Shown here: one piece after another, positions 36,936 to 51,344 of the stretch
Numbering within the stretch: the stretch's first letter is position 1
How the letters are laid out: each line of letters starts with the position of its first letter
Origin: Sphyrna mokarran
Taxonomy: Eukaryota
NCBI GenBank assembly: GCA_024679065.1
Contig: JAGIQG010000002.1
Span: 40,672,001 to 40,736,000 of the forward strand
Direction of reading: 5' to 3'
Length of the DNA stretch: 64,000 nucleotides
Notes under the pieces: model-generated
What the model saw: only the letters and a program-made list of their open reading frames with translations
Told to the model about the DNA's origin: nothing
Databases searched by the model: none
Position numbers and translations under genes: made by a program

Positions 36936-39900
36936 TCATGACCATTTTCGCAGAACAAAATGTGTGCATATTATGTATGGAACAGTATAGGTGAAAAAAT
37001 AATTCGCCAAGAACAATGCATGTTTCGGCTAGGTATACGTCTATGTTCTACTTTTTGAAAAGCACTAGCCAGCTACCACGAACAGCAATTGAAATTGTAA
37101 ATTGTGTCCATCTAACTAAGGCCTGAATTTAAGTTATTCACAATGATATGTTAAATATATACAATTTATTTTACATCTGAACCCTCTTTTAATGGTCGTG
37201 TGTTTGTAAGAATATACAAAAAGCTTCTTTGGATGCAGCCATTCATATCCAGTTTGTCCTGCTATTCATGTTTTGTTCTTCGTTTTCATTAACATGTGCA
37301 TTAGGTCTTCTGATTCAACTGCGTCCAGTCACATTTTAGAAACATTTATATTGGTAACCTCACTGTCTTAAAAAAGGAACGGTTTCCCGAGATTCAAATG
37401 ATCCTTTATTACATATACTTTCAGCTCCTGAGCATACTCCTCTCTACGTGTCCACTTCAATAGGATTTTCTTAGGAAAAAAAGATTGAACGGATCCTTCC
37501 GTTAAATTACGTTATAACGGATTTAAGTTGCATACTTAAATCTGCATTGCTTTGCAAATTCAAACATCGTAAATTCTCTGCAGTGCTCAGAGTGATTGCA
37601 CCTGAATGTAAAATAAGTATTAGTGTCGCTCTCTAACGCTATATTTGTGTCAGATACTGATGACGCAGGCGCAAACGAAGCGTACACGATGGGCATTTCC
37701 TCGCTTCGCGAAGAGCGATTAAGTTTTTAGTTTCGTTCCTTTTTGCGATTTATTGCCAATCGTGAAGTTTCACCACACAGGTCAAAGTAAATAAATCACA
37801 ACTGACGCAAAAATACTTAAACAAGAACTTACTTTTAAAATGTGAGGGTCGCCGCATAATAAACCAGTGCGAGTAACCATGTTTCCAAAATGCTGTGTAG
37901 AGTGGAAAGTGAAACCGTGAAACCAGTTTACTAACTCTGGCCGTCCTACATCTGACTTAATCCGTTACTGGGGTAATTACGCATCGATCGGCATTTCAAG
38001 GCCCGCCTCTAGTATTTGAACGTCACAGCTTGGAGCTGCTGAAATGCATCTCATTGACCCGGCGCTAGGCTGTCAATCAGTGGCTCTTGTCGTAATGAAA
38101 TGGCTGTTAAGGAGGTCCGATATAATTTAGGGAATAGGTACGGAACATTCTATAAATGTCTCAATTATGATTTGGGTATCATTAAATATTCTATAATAAT
38201 AACAGAAAAAATCCGAATATTTTAAAGATTACAATTTTCTTGGTTGCCAGGATAAAAACCTACGTCTGAAGCCATTTGCGAGACGAAATCGGTTAGTAAT
38301 TTCGACATTTGTCTATCTTTGAAAATTGAATTGTTGTGATTTCATCGGCCAAGAGCCAGCGATGCTCAACATTCACACTGAAACTTTTGAACTTTCTCAA
38401 GGGCATTTAAGCAGCTCATTTGTCATCTCATTACTATATCCCGTTAAACAGTGTTAAGAATGAATGTTTAGACATTGGCGAGTTCTGACATGTTTCAGAT
38501 TGCGGAGTGCACGTTTATTTTTTTTTGACATATTCGGTTATATATTACTGCGCAGTAATGGATCAGCGTATTGATCAAAAGGTTTTGCCAGCTTCATGTA
38601 TTAAAACTGTTGGCTGCACGACCACCAAATCTTACAACCCTTGGAGAGACCAAGGCGATAGTATGTTTAATGATTAACTAAATTTACAGGTCTGAATAGG
38701 GAGGAGGGGATTAGCCATAGCAACTAACACATAACTTCATAATTTTGTACAAATAATTGGATTGGCATCATAACCTAGGGAGGAATGTAAACCTTAAACA
38801 CGTGATCTTCATCTGTGCTCGCTTTAGCCAACTTACTTCAACACAAAGCATTTCCATGTCTCCACTGGAATTGATTATCCAGGGGAAAAAGCTCTGAAAC
38901 TTACTGTTTACACCATAAGACATAGGAGCAGAATTAGACCACTCAGCCCATCGAGTCTGCACCGCCAATGTTGGCGTTTGCTGTTGGACGTCTCCTGAAG
39001 AATAGTTTGTACAATATTGTATTTATGAACTGTTTTCTCACCAAAAGAAATATTTCTGAGGTCCAATACTATAATGTTAATATCTACCATTTATTATTAA
39101 AGTGCATTTTAAAGGATATTTTTGGAATTATTCAAAACTAGTACGTTCATGTAAACTCGATTCCAAACAAATGCAAAACTACAAATATTCGATACGCAAA
39201 CAATGCACAATCTGGAATATAACAACAGCCGGACAAGTTCAATATTTGTATATAATGACGATACGACGCTAATGCTGCGGCAGTTTTTCCATGAGTTGAT
39301 ATAAAAGGTCGTATAGCCCACGTAAGGCGCTGTTGCTGCTGGGTTAAACCCAAAACCAGCCCACGCGGAAAATAAAAAAAACAACATCGAAGGAGTGGAT
39401 TTCCGTAACGAAACTCTGGTTGATTTTTGCCATCATTTAATGTATTTTGCGTTCAACGTATCAAGCAAACTGGCGAGGAACTACTAGAATATGAAAGGTT
39501 CGCATTGTAATGCCATCGCAACCTGCTCAAGATGAAATTGTTGTGACATTCGCGTGATAACTCAAGTCTCTGCTGCCACGGGGGAAGAAACATGGCAAGA
39601 AAAATGCGCATGTGCAGGCACTTTCACTACGTATACTCTGCTTAATAATAAAATAATGATTTTAATGAAATAAAAATCTTCTTTACCACTGTATGTATTC
39701 AAATACAAGAGTATTTTTCCTCTTATATTTTTACTTTAAACTTCTATTTCTAAGAATAGTTATATAGAGAAAATATCCCAACCGTGCAGAACAGATATGG
39801 TGTTGGAGAACGAACTGCGTGTGGTTCTTCTGATCTCTGCACTACTTTTCATAGATATTTTTAAAAATATGTTTGGCTTCAAGTAAATTATTCATCTCGA

Positions 39901-39939
39901 CTGGGAGACAAATCATCGTCAAATGTGCCCTGGTTCAAA

Positions 39940-40230
39940 TGGAAGGCTAAATGGAGGCTCCGTCTGTCCTCTCATGTAGACTATGGCACTAGTTCGAAGG
40001 AGAGCAGAAGAATTATATCTCTATCCTCGCCAATATTTATCCTTCAATCAACATCACAGACATGATCTGTTTATTGTTACATTGCTGTCAGTGGGTAATT
40101 GCTGTGTGCAAATTGTCTGCCGCATTTCCTTTATTGCAATGGTGATTACACTTCACAAAAAAGTCCATTAGGTCGAGAACGCGTTGCGAAGTCCTGAGAT
40201 CCTGAAAGACGCCATATGAATGTATATCAT
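39940..40230 (+). mobile_element. DeuSINE fragment
   Basis: atggcacta.ttcgaaggagagcag...caatatttatcc. Confidence 0.6.
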
Positions 40231-40530
40231 TATTTTGTTTTTACGACAATTCATCTCTACTTTTTTCGGAACTTTGGGGCACTAATTGCACCACTGCCAA
40301 ATCCATTTGCCTCTCAAATCATAAAATACGACTGGCCTGCATTAGGTGTAATGCTGCGATTCAAGTTTGGCAGAAAATGTAAACTTTCTTCGCCGTTTAG
40401 ATAAGCAGACAATGATACAGCATTGATATTACAATTCAAAATCACATAATCATCAATACACTCACAGCCTTTCTTTACCCAAAATTATTTCTGTGCCAGG
40501 GCTGTCATTTGCAAGAAGAAACCGAATATT

Positions 40531-40801
40531 CATAGAATCCTTGCAGTGATAAGGTCATTCGGCCCATCGAGTCTGCACCGACCACAATCCCATCCGGGCC
40601 TCTCACTGTAACCCCACATACTTACCCTTCTAATCCCCTGACACTAAGGGGCAATTTTGCATGGCTAATCCACATAACCTACACATTTTTGGACCGTGGA
40701 AGGAAATCTCGAGAAACACAGAGAGAAAGTGCAAACTTCACAGTTATTCGAGGCCGGAATTGAACCTGAGTCCCTAGCGTTGTGAGGTAGCAATGCTACC
40801 A
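40531..40801 (-). mobile_element. HE1-like V-SINE (tail B)
   Basis: catagaatcc...cggcccatcgagtctgcaccgac; several CpGs retained. Confidence 0.85.
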
Positions 40802-43800
40802 TTACTTGCTTTCGGTCTCAGACAGGATGTGGATCTTTAACTTGACGTTCGCTTGATGCATAAAGAAAAATGTTGAACCTATAAATATGCATTCCACTTA
40901 GTAATAAACTGCAGTAGAAATTATTAAACAAGTAGTCATGCGTTTATTAAAGCAATATCCACGTGCTTTTACGAAGGGCCATTCGAGCTGGCTATGGAAT
41001 ATTCATTTGGTCCAATCTCAAGTTGACATTTTTACAGACACAACGTGTTGGTAATGAGTCATTTTACATTTCAGAAATAGTAATATTAATGCCAGACGTG
41101 TTAACTACATATCATGGTCATATCTCGTGGTCCATTGACACCCACAGGAGCGAGGAAACTAATAATGTCGAGCCTGTGAATAATGTTTGTTCCCACATGT
41201 CAAATTCATGTATACGAAATACTGTATATCGTGTCTTTTTTCCCTTCTGAGCTTCATCCACTGTTCCCTCCCACGCACCGTACAGGGGTCCGAAGAATAC
41301 AGATTAGATTATTTATGTTGATGTGCAGTTAAAAAAAACAATGAAGCGCATTTCTTTGAACAACCAATCTCATGTGAAGTAAACGTGACGTTTTTAATGA
41401 CAACGTCTTTCTGTGCACGTTCTTACGTGTTTTTGGAGCGCCGCTCTTTTTCTAAGCTGTACGCTGGTTTTTACGGTTCGTTTTTGCCACTTAGCATATT
41501 GCCACTGTATTCAACCTTCCCTGCACAACATTAACACTTCAACTGAAATAGGCGAGGCGAAATTCTACTAGTAAAGTCATCATGCAGTGTTAATGAAGCT
41601 GATAGTTTTACTGAAACGATGGTCAGAATCCACAGTGAGCTGCGTGGGAGCGGGGAGGTTGGAGGAGGGGGGAACAGGCTGAGAAAATGTCTCTCCTACA
41701 GGGGGTGCTGGGTGGGTGGTGGTGGACGTCAGTGTTTGGGAAATATTGTCACAGTGATACTGGATATATGCCTTATTGGAATCCATGCATCATGTTTATT
41801 TTTAAACAAGGGTTCCTCGTATTCCGGAAATAAAATTGACCTTCCTCACCTGCGCCTGAAAGACAAAACTAATCCCTGCCTTAGTCACTATGGAATGGGA
41901 ATATTCATTTAATTGCAATGGGGAGAGGGGGTGGGGGGGTTGCATTCGACGTTCATCGTATGATATATTCAAAAGGATGCCGTGTATCAGAAAAAAATAT
42001 TCAGGTTAAAGCAAAAAGCCTGCCACTAAGTTCCAAACTGCAACTAGGTAAGAGGCGAGAGGCAATTTGTGGAAAGAAAGTGGGAGAATGCTGTTTTGTT
42101 TTCTTCATATTGTTCATTTTGCCTCTATGGAAGCCACTGGCAAAAATGTAGACAACCTTACAATTCAAGTAAGCAATTTAATTTTGTACGGTTTGATCAT
42201 GGCCTGCCGACCGACCGGCCTTTTGCGTTGTATTTTCTCATTGCACGTCAAAAGTTGACTCAGCACGTTCGCCGCCCACGAAGCAGCGAGAGCTGTGATT
42301 TTGGCTGAATTCTTCTAATTTAAAATGTTGCGTAAACATCTCAACACCAACAGTAAATGGTGAAATGCTTCGAGATTTCACTCCCCAAACTCCACAGCTA
42401 CAAGGGGATGATCTGATTATTAATCACGTGCATTTTTTGGGGTATCCGACCTGTGATACTGAAGACGTATTTCTCTCGTTTTTTGTGTTGTTTGCAGTTA
42501 ATTAGCTTGATTATAAGATGTAGTGCATCCGCGGCTGGTTTCCATTTGTTTAGGGAACGATGTAATTGATGTCACTGGGCTTTCGCTTCACAGCGTCGAA
42601 AGAACTATGGTAGCCGTGTTCACACATGCTTCTAATCTATCCTTGCGGGAACGCTGAACGGGAACATGTGGCGTTTTATTCGTTTAGTGCATTCATATGG
42701 CATGTTTTGAGTCTCTGACATTTTTCTTACTCGCCATTGAGACAAGATGACCTGTAGATAACAATGTCACAGTAGCGCGAGCTTCCGGGTCGAGAAGGTT
42801 GTAGCTTCAAGCCATCATCAGATGTGCCAGCTTTCAGTTAGGGTGTTAAACTTCGGTGCATTCTGTGTTATGGTTTCTACAGCATGGTTTAACCTGGCTG
42901 GTATAAAATGGAAATGAAAACTCGGAACCCGAAATGCAAACAGAATGCTGAAATACACGTAGATCGGTCAGCGTGCGTGGAAAGAAGGCAGATGCTAAAC
43001 GACTTGCTGCGTATTTCCAGAATTTCTTGTAATTATTATTTGTGAAGTCCTTCACCATTATGATGGATATTCTTATCTCAGTCAACACTACCAGTCGTTG
43101 TTACATTGTTTTGACTATGTTCCCAACGGCTGCCATATTTGCTTACATAAAAACAGTCACTGCACTTCTATTATATTAGCAGTAATAACTTACAACCCAA
43201 CTGGCGTCAGTTGGAAATCTCGATTAGACGTGAGACCACCTGATCAAATTATCTTCTATTAACCTCCCCAAATTGAATAAACGCCGGCAGTGCCAAAAAG
43301 AAATGAAGCTGGAGTTAAGTCGCAGTCCAAGCAGAACAAAGATGTAGAATTTGATTCAGGACTTCATAATGTTAGTTCCATTCTGTTAAGGAGGCGTGTC
43401 AATGATCAGGAGGACCGATCTCCGCAAAGGGGGCGAGAGCTACAAGCAACAATTACTCTTATATCTTCCTCCTTGAGGGGGGAGAACTGGGCTCTAATTA
43501 TTTCCACCAGAAAGCAAATAAACCAACACTTTTATGCAATAATCTATTCAAAGAAGTAGATGTTAGAAAATGCAGCCAGCAACTAATGTTACATTGTGGC
43601 CGAAAGTAACGTTGGCTGCCAGGTCTAAGCAGACATGATGTGAAGAGTTCTATTTCCTAGTGGTTGTCCTTTTTTAAATATCAAAGTAGCCAGTGACAGT
43701 ATGCGTTTTCCCTAAGACAAATATAACTCATTGCTGGTGAGCCCACTCAAAACTACCACAGAGCTTCTTGAATCCGTCCTCATACCGGACTGATGTCCTA

Positions 43801-46800
43801 TTACTCGTCCCGGGAGATAAATTCCAACAATCTGGAGGAATCTCAAACATCTTGGCTTTAACTCATGGGTTTGTCAGATTGGGTCTATGTGATATTGCAA
43901 TTTTGACGCACATATCCGTCGAAGCTTGAATGCGTGACTGCAGCCTGCGCTTCCGATGTTACAAACTAAATCTTTGTTTTCTGTAATTAAGATTTCACCG
44001 GCGGTAGACGACAATATGTGGATAAAACAGAACATCTCATTCAATCAATTTGTGTACAGGAATTCTTCCTTAAGCTTTTTTTAAATTTTTCACGCAAAAA
44101 TTTTAAATAATATTTAAAATTGTAGATATGTTCCTAATGCCTTTCATATTCCGAAGAAGTTACACTCCAAACTGCGTCATTAAAATGTAAATATTAATCA
44201 GATTCTTCAACAAGTTTGAACCACCTGTTTTAGGTTGTACTTCACGAGGCAGCGGGGTTGCTGAGAACCCCAAACCCCAAAGCAGAGCTCCCCTACTCTT
44301 CCTCCTTGAAGAACAGTACCTTCTGGCTTCCCATTACAAACCGACCACGAGTTTAATCTGATAATCTATTCAAAGATCTAAATGCAATATTATTCGCTAA
44401 TTCTGCTATCTTTCATGTACTGGTACTGACTTCCACTAACTCTTAAGAATCGTTTGCCATTTATCTCAACCCGAACATTAAAATAGAAGCTACAATCACA
44501 TCAAAGGTTTCGGAGATTTGCCTTGTTCACAAATAGATTCACAAATCACTGCCCTTTTTTGAACTGAATGTAGCAATGTCATTGTCCTAAAAGAGTGGCA
44601 AGGGGTATTCTGGCCCTAAGAGTCTCCAGTTAAAATTAAACATGCTCATTAGAATATTTTATTTCCAACTCTAAATTTTCCTTTATCTCTCTCTTTCTCT
44701 CTTTCCCCTCCCCCATAACCTGACTGAAAGGGCGACAAGCCATCTGCCGTTGCTTTACTGGCTAGCCGCCGGAAAAAAAATGTAATGGGAGAATAATCAC
44801 CGTGTTATGCATCACCTCTCATAAACTGGCGCCGTATAATGTCCTGTGTTGGGATTTTCCTCCAATGAAATTGTTAACATGGATTTATGTTCAAACCACC
44901 TGCAATATGATGGACGTTTATTTTAATGAAAGAGGTTTAATTCAACGCTCAATGCAACCACTTGACACTGCAAATAAATCTAGACTATCCGAGATCCTTT
45001 AAACCTCACCATTTCAGACACCATTCGCTATGTTATCATGTTAAATAAATAATTCGAGTTTTATCAGTTTACGTGCTTCCTTGACCCATGTTTTTCCAAA
45101 AAAATCTTTATAAATGTCTGTTCCGTGTAGAGGCACATAAGAAAAGGCGTTCCCTCAAAATGTCTCATTTACCCAACCCCACCTTCACACACAAGGTCTG
45201 GAATAAATGCACAGTCATTAAAAGCTGGAACCAATGCAAGGCAACACGTTTTTTTCCTAATGTCATATTTCTTAGAATGGTTCTGTCCTCAAAAAACAGC
45301 GTGTACCTGATAGTCCACGGCAGCGATCTATTGCTTCATAAAGTACTGCCTTCTTGGTCTGTTCAAAATCGTTGCGAAGAGTTGGTGTAATTGGGCAAAT
45401 ATTGTGTAGTTAAAAGGCTGACACCACCTACAAAAGTCAAACGTTTGGCACTTGTACAAGCAGTTCGGTAAAGGAGTAGAAAAATGAAAGAAAAATCAAT
45501 AATTCTGATGAGGTGACACATTAACTTGCCAATACTCTCCGCGAGTGCTGACTGACCTTCAAAGTGTTTCCAATATTTTCTGTTTTTACCTCATGAGCAG
45601 CTTTTTTTTGCCACTATTTCTATTCACGCGTTTAGGCAAAATCTTTCAGACAGCACATGGTACAAATAGCAAGACGAAGTCAGCTGTGCCAAACCCATCA
45701 TTCAGAAACATTCCTGACATTAGGTGGCAGGAAGTGAAAATAGGGAATTCTGGAAGGATACCGCTTTCTCGGCTACAGTTCAAGTGATGATACATCTTTA
45801 GGCGTTAAACCTGATACCAATCCTGCAAGTGAAACTTGATCTTTCTGAAAGGGCCCCAAAAGTAAAATCTCGCAAAGGCTTAAAAGGCTGTTGCTTGAAT
45901 GCTGACTCTGCGTCGAGGGCTAAAGCACGACAACAAAGCTACCGATACGCCGCGGGTAGCAGAGAGTGAAGGGGTATCAGCCACAGATACACACAATTAG
46001 CGCCTTTAATCAAGTCTTTAAATTATATGGCTACTTCATATACATAAATCTTTCTTGACGTTCCACATAACGAGAATAGTAAACTTGACAAGTTGTTGGC
46101 TCACGTGCCAAACCAGAAGTAAAATCAAAGGCAAGAGATGGAATCAAGAGTTGCCAAAAGTGAAATCTTTACGAGAACTGTCAGAAACGTCCCAACTTTA
46201 GCTGCAAAGAATTGATATAAATGGACACATATTAAATTACTTTTAAAGATGGCAACAAAAGAAAATACTTTCCGTGCCCATCGTGAATTGTCAAAATATT
46301 TCCTACGTTTTAATTTATAAACAAAACTGTAATAGACCACAGGGCTTATACAAACTGCAGACACCGCCTGAAGTTTAACAGCAGGTTTAAGCTACTTTTT
46401 TTGAACAAAAATAAACGAACAAGGCATACTGTCCGTCTTCCAGAGACCACTGTTAACCACCCTTTAAAAATACCTCATCTAAAGAGAATATATTCAATAT
46501 TCAGACACTTATATTGTGAAATTTTTGCTGCCAGAAATATTTCTACACACATCCTGTACAGATGTGTAGAAAAACGAAGTTGTGAAAACATGCGAAATTT
46601 GTGTTTTAAACATAGCGGTGTGTCCTACAAGTTCGGATCTATTTGAAAATAATAGTATGGCTTTGTGTCTGATGTCTATAATAAAATGAGAAAGTACTGT
46701 ATATGTCCAATACGTTTGATCATATGTGTCTTCCTCCATAAGCTTATGTTTGGTTTCATATCATGTTTGTCTGAAGTGTGAAAGCTGAATTTATTGAATA

Positions 46801-48399
46801 TAAATTCATTCCTTTCTAAGTTATATTTTTAAAGTAACAGCGGTTCGACATTTATGTTCAAAGACTGTGATCTCAGTTATCTACACTTTGTTTTCTTAAC
46901 AAGATCTGTATGAACTATTTCCCACGAAGAATCTTTAAACCTGTTTAAATATTTGGCATAGATTCCAATACGTACTCACTTTTCGAAACTTTTTTTTGGA
47001 AATTGTTAAGTATTGGCTTTTGATGTTTCACATGATGTAGGCATCTGTGACTACGCCAGCGTTTGTTATCGATCGCTAATTGCCCCTGAGAAAGTAATAG
47101 TGATTTGCCTTCTTGAGTCTCTGTCGTCCATCTAATTTAGGTACGCTCACGTTGCTGTTAGAAAGTATTGCAGTGATATATGACTATGAGCTTTATTCTG
47201 TCCGCTGACGTGTTTGAATGGAATTATTGTTAAAATAATTTCGTGTGCAGCTAAAAAGTTTATTACATATCGATCACTATAGCATACAAATGTCTGTAAC
47301 TCCAGCTTAGTTTATTCCTACTTTTACTTATTCCATTTTAATATCTCAAGCGCAGATTAAAACATTTTTCCCAAAGCTAAATCATCATTGCTGAATCAAG
47401 CAAACCTATTATTACAATAACAGTAAGTGATTCAAATCGTAAAATGAATTGTCCCCTGCGTGACACATAAAGATTTCTTATGAACATTACGTCAGCGAAC
47501 TTATTCATAAGTTGACTTTTTAAAAAGCAATCCAACTGGAAAGCCTATACTTCATTTAAATTAAAAGAAAGAATGGTTGCATATAAATTTAATGAATGTC
47601 ACGAAACAGCGTTTAGTTCCAGCATATAATACACGAATTAGTCATCATTATAGGAGAATTATGATCTTTTTAATACATAATATGCTCTGTTTTCAAGCTT
47701 AACTACAAAACGGCGAGTTACAGATCTGTGAAATTTAGTGTCATTTAGTGTCAAATCCAAGCAGTAACCACAGTAAGACACACCAATGAGAATAACGTTA
47801 TATCGATGATACCATGGCATGACAGCGATTTTTCTTAAAGCTGGTGCATGTTATTCGGATTTACGGGTTATGTTTCTATTCGTTTTCTTAACAATCTAAT
47901 GGAAACACTGAAGCGATGTCAAAAACTCACATATGAAGAAGTATAAGGATGTCTTTTTAAACCTAAAAACTAACTGAAGTGACGTAGTGCTTCAACTGGA
48001 ATGGAACTACCGTCTAAGTGAACATGTTACTCCAGTTCCAAAAGGGTTAAGAAATAGTAAAACGGATTGTGTTGCTGATTTCATTCTCATTCCGTTTAAC
48101 TTTGTAAAAGCATTACTACACACATGTAGCAAATCCTAATATTACAAGCTGCAGAGAAACTATCAACACTTCGAAAAATCGTCAGGAGTATAAAATTGCA
48201 CATTCTTTGTGTCATATCTGCGACCTTTGCTCCGTTCACTTCGTAGCATAAAATAGAATACAGGTTCTCTGGAAGTTGTATCAGAATGTATAGAAGTAAG
48301 AATGAGTTCAAATGGGTTGCATTTGATGTGGATATCAAAATAGATATCAAACGTGATATACTCTATTAATAAGCAATAATGTATTTATGACACAATAAT

Positions 48400-48530
48400 G
48401 GAAGGTCTTATGCCTGAAACGTTAACTCTGTTTCTCTCTCCACGGATACTGTCAGACCTGTTGAGTATTTCCAGCTTTCCTTGTGTTATTTGAGATTTCC
48501 AGCATCCGCAGCATTTTACTCTTTTATTGC
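48400..48530 (+). mobile_element. Penelope pLTR fragment
   Basis: cctgaaacgttaactctgtttctctctccac...gagtatttccagc; related scraps at ~42930-43030 and ~45500-45590. Confidence 0.7.
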
Positions 48531-49589
48531 GATCAATATGTGCTTTAACGTTAAGTTACACTTTCTCTATGTAAAGTGTAACATTTAATGTTAAATTACA
48601 TTTTCTCCATGCCTGCAGAAATAGCAAATCAGCATTATTTTGTAGTCTGTAGAAATGATGTCCAGAATAAGAGATTTAAAATAATGTGTAAATACCAGAG
48701 CAGATAATCTGCAAATTGAGTTCAAATATAGAATTTAAAATCATCTGATCTATATTTTAAACAACTTTGCTGTTTAGCACAACATTGCCCGCTTCTTGGG
48801 CCTTCATGTCAATGGTTGCCAAGGGTTCTCAGTATGAAACCTGTAAGTGTTTGATCTTGTGGTTTAGAAACGAAATTTTAACATATGTGAATAAAAGCAA
48901 GTTTTGAAGTTTCGATTTGTGGATAATGATTTGAATTCTGGCTTTCATTTTTTTCACACGTCGAATGTTCTAACTAATGAATATGATTTCGAACACGATC
49001 CAAACCACTGGGGGATTTGAGAGTGCAGTTACACAAATATAACGTTCGTCCTAACCAGTTTGGCTTTGCACTGACACAACGGATACCATATGGAATCAAC
49101 TTGAAACTGCACCGGAGGTCCATCCTATATTGGACATTCTGGAATCAGTCCACCTCAGCACCCAATGCAGGATTAGCATTATGGAATAATTTTAGCACAG
49201 TGGAGGTCATTCAGCCCGCCCTATTCATGTCGGCTCTCTACGGGGATCCCATTCTCCTTCCGTTACCCATTGCCTGCATATTTTTTCTCTTCAGATAATT
49301 ATCCAATTTCATTTGAAAGCCTCAATGATAGCATGGCGCCAAACCAAAAACCACAAGCAACAATATCAAACATTGTAAATGAAAGAATTCAGTCATCATC
49401 CATGGTTCTATTAAGTTTCTAAACTACAGTGGTAAAGGTTTACCATGATAGGAAATTCCAAACTATTCGCTTAAAAACACACATTGGGTTTGCTAATATG
49501 TTTTTTTTAAATGTTGGGATCTTTACATTGGCTTCAATGTCTTATTTGATGGCTACATTGAAATTGAGGGGGTAAGATTAAAAGACAAA

Positions 49590-50450
49590 GGCGTGCTTTT
49601 TATCTTTTTTTTCCCGCCCGGGAGGAGAATTTTAACATGCGTGCGCTAGCAATCAGTAGTCATTTAACGTTTTTTTTTTGTAAAACGTGGGCGTTTTCTT
49701 TTGGAGAAAAATCCAGAGAGCGCTGGTGTGTTTTGGTGTGGATTGTGGTGGTAACACAGGCCGGGGACATGTGCTCTGCACTAGTTCTGAGGTCTGACCA
49801 TTGCACTCTGCGGCGGGGAGCCCGGGGAAGGTGGGGGTAGAGGACGCAGGCGCGTTGCAGACTTTTCCGACAGGGTCACGTGGCTGGTGAGCAGCCGCTC
49901 GGCGGGCTGCACTGGAGCTGCCTTCCTTTGTCATTCAGAGAGAGACATGTGGGCAGAGCGCTGGCCGGCCCTGCCTGCCTGCTCATACATTACGTGCACA
50001 ACCCCATCCAGCTGGCCCGCATAACCGTGCCAAGATAATGCAAAAGACAATGTGAAGAAGCACCTTCAGAGGATGCGGGCGGATAATCAATGCTGCCATT
50101 CAAATCCCCTCTGCGACCCCACCGTTACAGGATCATGTTCATTCTCACTCCCCTCACCCCCGTGGCTGCGATTTAAATTTAAACCTCTTTCTGCTGTCAA
50201 ACACGACCCCACCCACCTTCCCCCACCCAAAAGAATGTCAAGGCGAGAAATTAAAATTAAGCTGCTTTTTCTTTTCCCCTACTGTTCCCAAGACGTGGCG
50301 TGTTACCAATAACCGTTCACTCTGCTCTTGTACTAGTCGCAAAAAAGAAACTGGTTGTTTGTGAGAAAAGGAAATCCGCTCGTTGAGCAAAGAGCTAAAA
50401 AAGATCATGCAGGAGACAAGAACGTTACCCACCGCTGACAAACAGGAAGC
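49590..50450. promoter_or_regulatory. GC/CpG-rich island between BMI1 and SPAG6 (candidate enhancer/CNE)
   Basis: Local GC peak, no TE or protein similarity, E-box GTCACGTGG, SOX-like CCTTTGT/ACAATG. Confidence 0.55.
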
Positions 50451-51320
50451 AGTTATCTGAATAAAACATTTACTTAGAATTTTGATGTAAGGTAATGTTT
50501 TTTGTTAACGTCACAATGACACCTAACTGTTATTATGGTATTTTCAATATACAATGAACGCCCCTATAAAAACTCTTTTATGGGCGCATTTCCTTAGCCC
50601 ATATGTATATATAGAGACAGAGAGAGATAGAAATATAGTTTACACTGGATTTTCAAATGTAGGAGAACCAGTCTGCATTACGTTAAAATAAATTAGTTAT
50701 TTTTATGAAGTAATATATTACTCAGTGTACATTGCCGCGTTTAAGAATCCTACATTGCCATGCCTTTTGCACGAAGAGAATTTGTTTTGAGCTAAGATTA
50801 CAACATTGAGATGCATTTATATATAGTTTACAAAATTGTAGCATCAGGTCATGGATTGTTATCAGGAAAGGCAATCTCAAGATTACATTTAATCCAATGC
50901 ATTGATATCGGATGCCTTTGTATTGTTACCTGACGTTACTGTGAGACATAAGCATGTTGGATCCTTAAGTACCTGCACAGGCTGCTCCTTTCTGTAGGCC
51001 AGAAAATGACAAATTGAAAGAGGTACATCATCTCCTACAAAGCAACCCTGATAACTGTGCATCAGTTAAAACATTTACCAGAAACAATAAAAGTAGTGGA
51101 GATCAGTAATAAACTTCGAGTGGATGCCACGTACTCGTACTTTCCTAACGTACTCGTCGTTTAGGAAAGTGACGAAAAGATTAGAAATAGAGTATTTGCT
51201 TAATTCGGCGGAATTGTCTTCGTTGATTCTATTGGAACTAGGGAGGCGGTGCCTTCGCATCACTGACGTTCATCTTTTCACCGGCAATTTAAAGCAAAAG
51301 CAGAGGATTGGGATACATTA

Positions 51321-51344
51321 CCCCCCCCCCCCCCCCCCCCCCCC
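51321..51344. repeat. Poly-C tract (C24)
   Basis: 24 consecutive C. Confidence 0.95.

Noticed and set aside
43420-43440. CTCF-like ccgcaaagggggcg
   Set aside because: 5' half mismatches the core; not supportable alone
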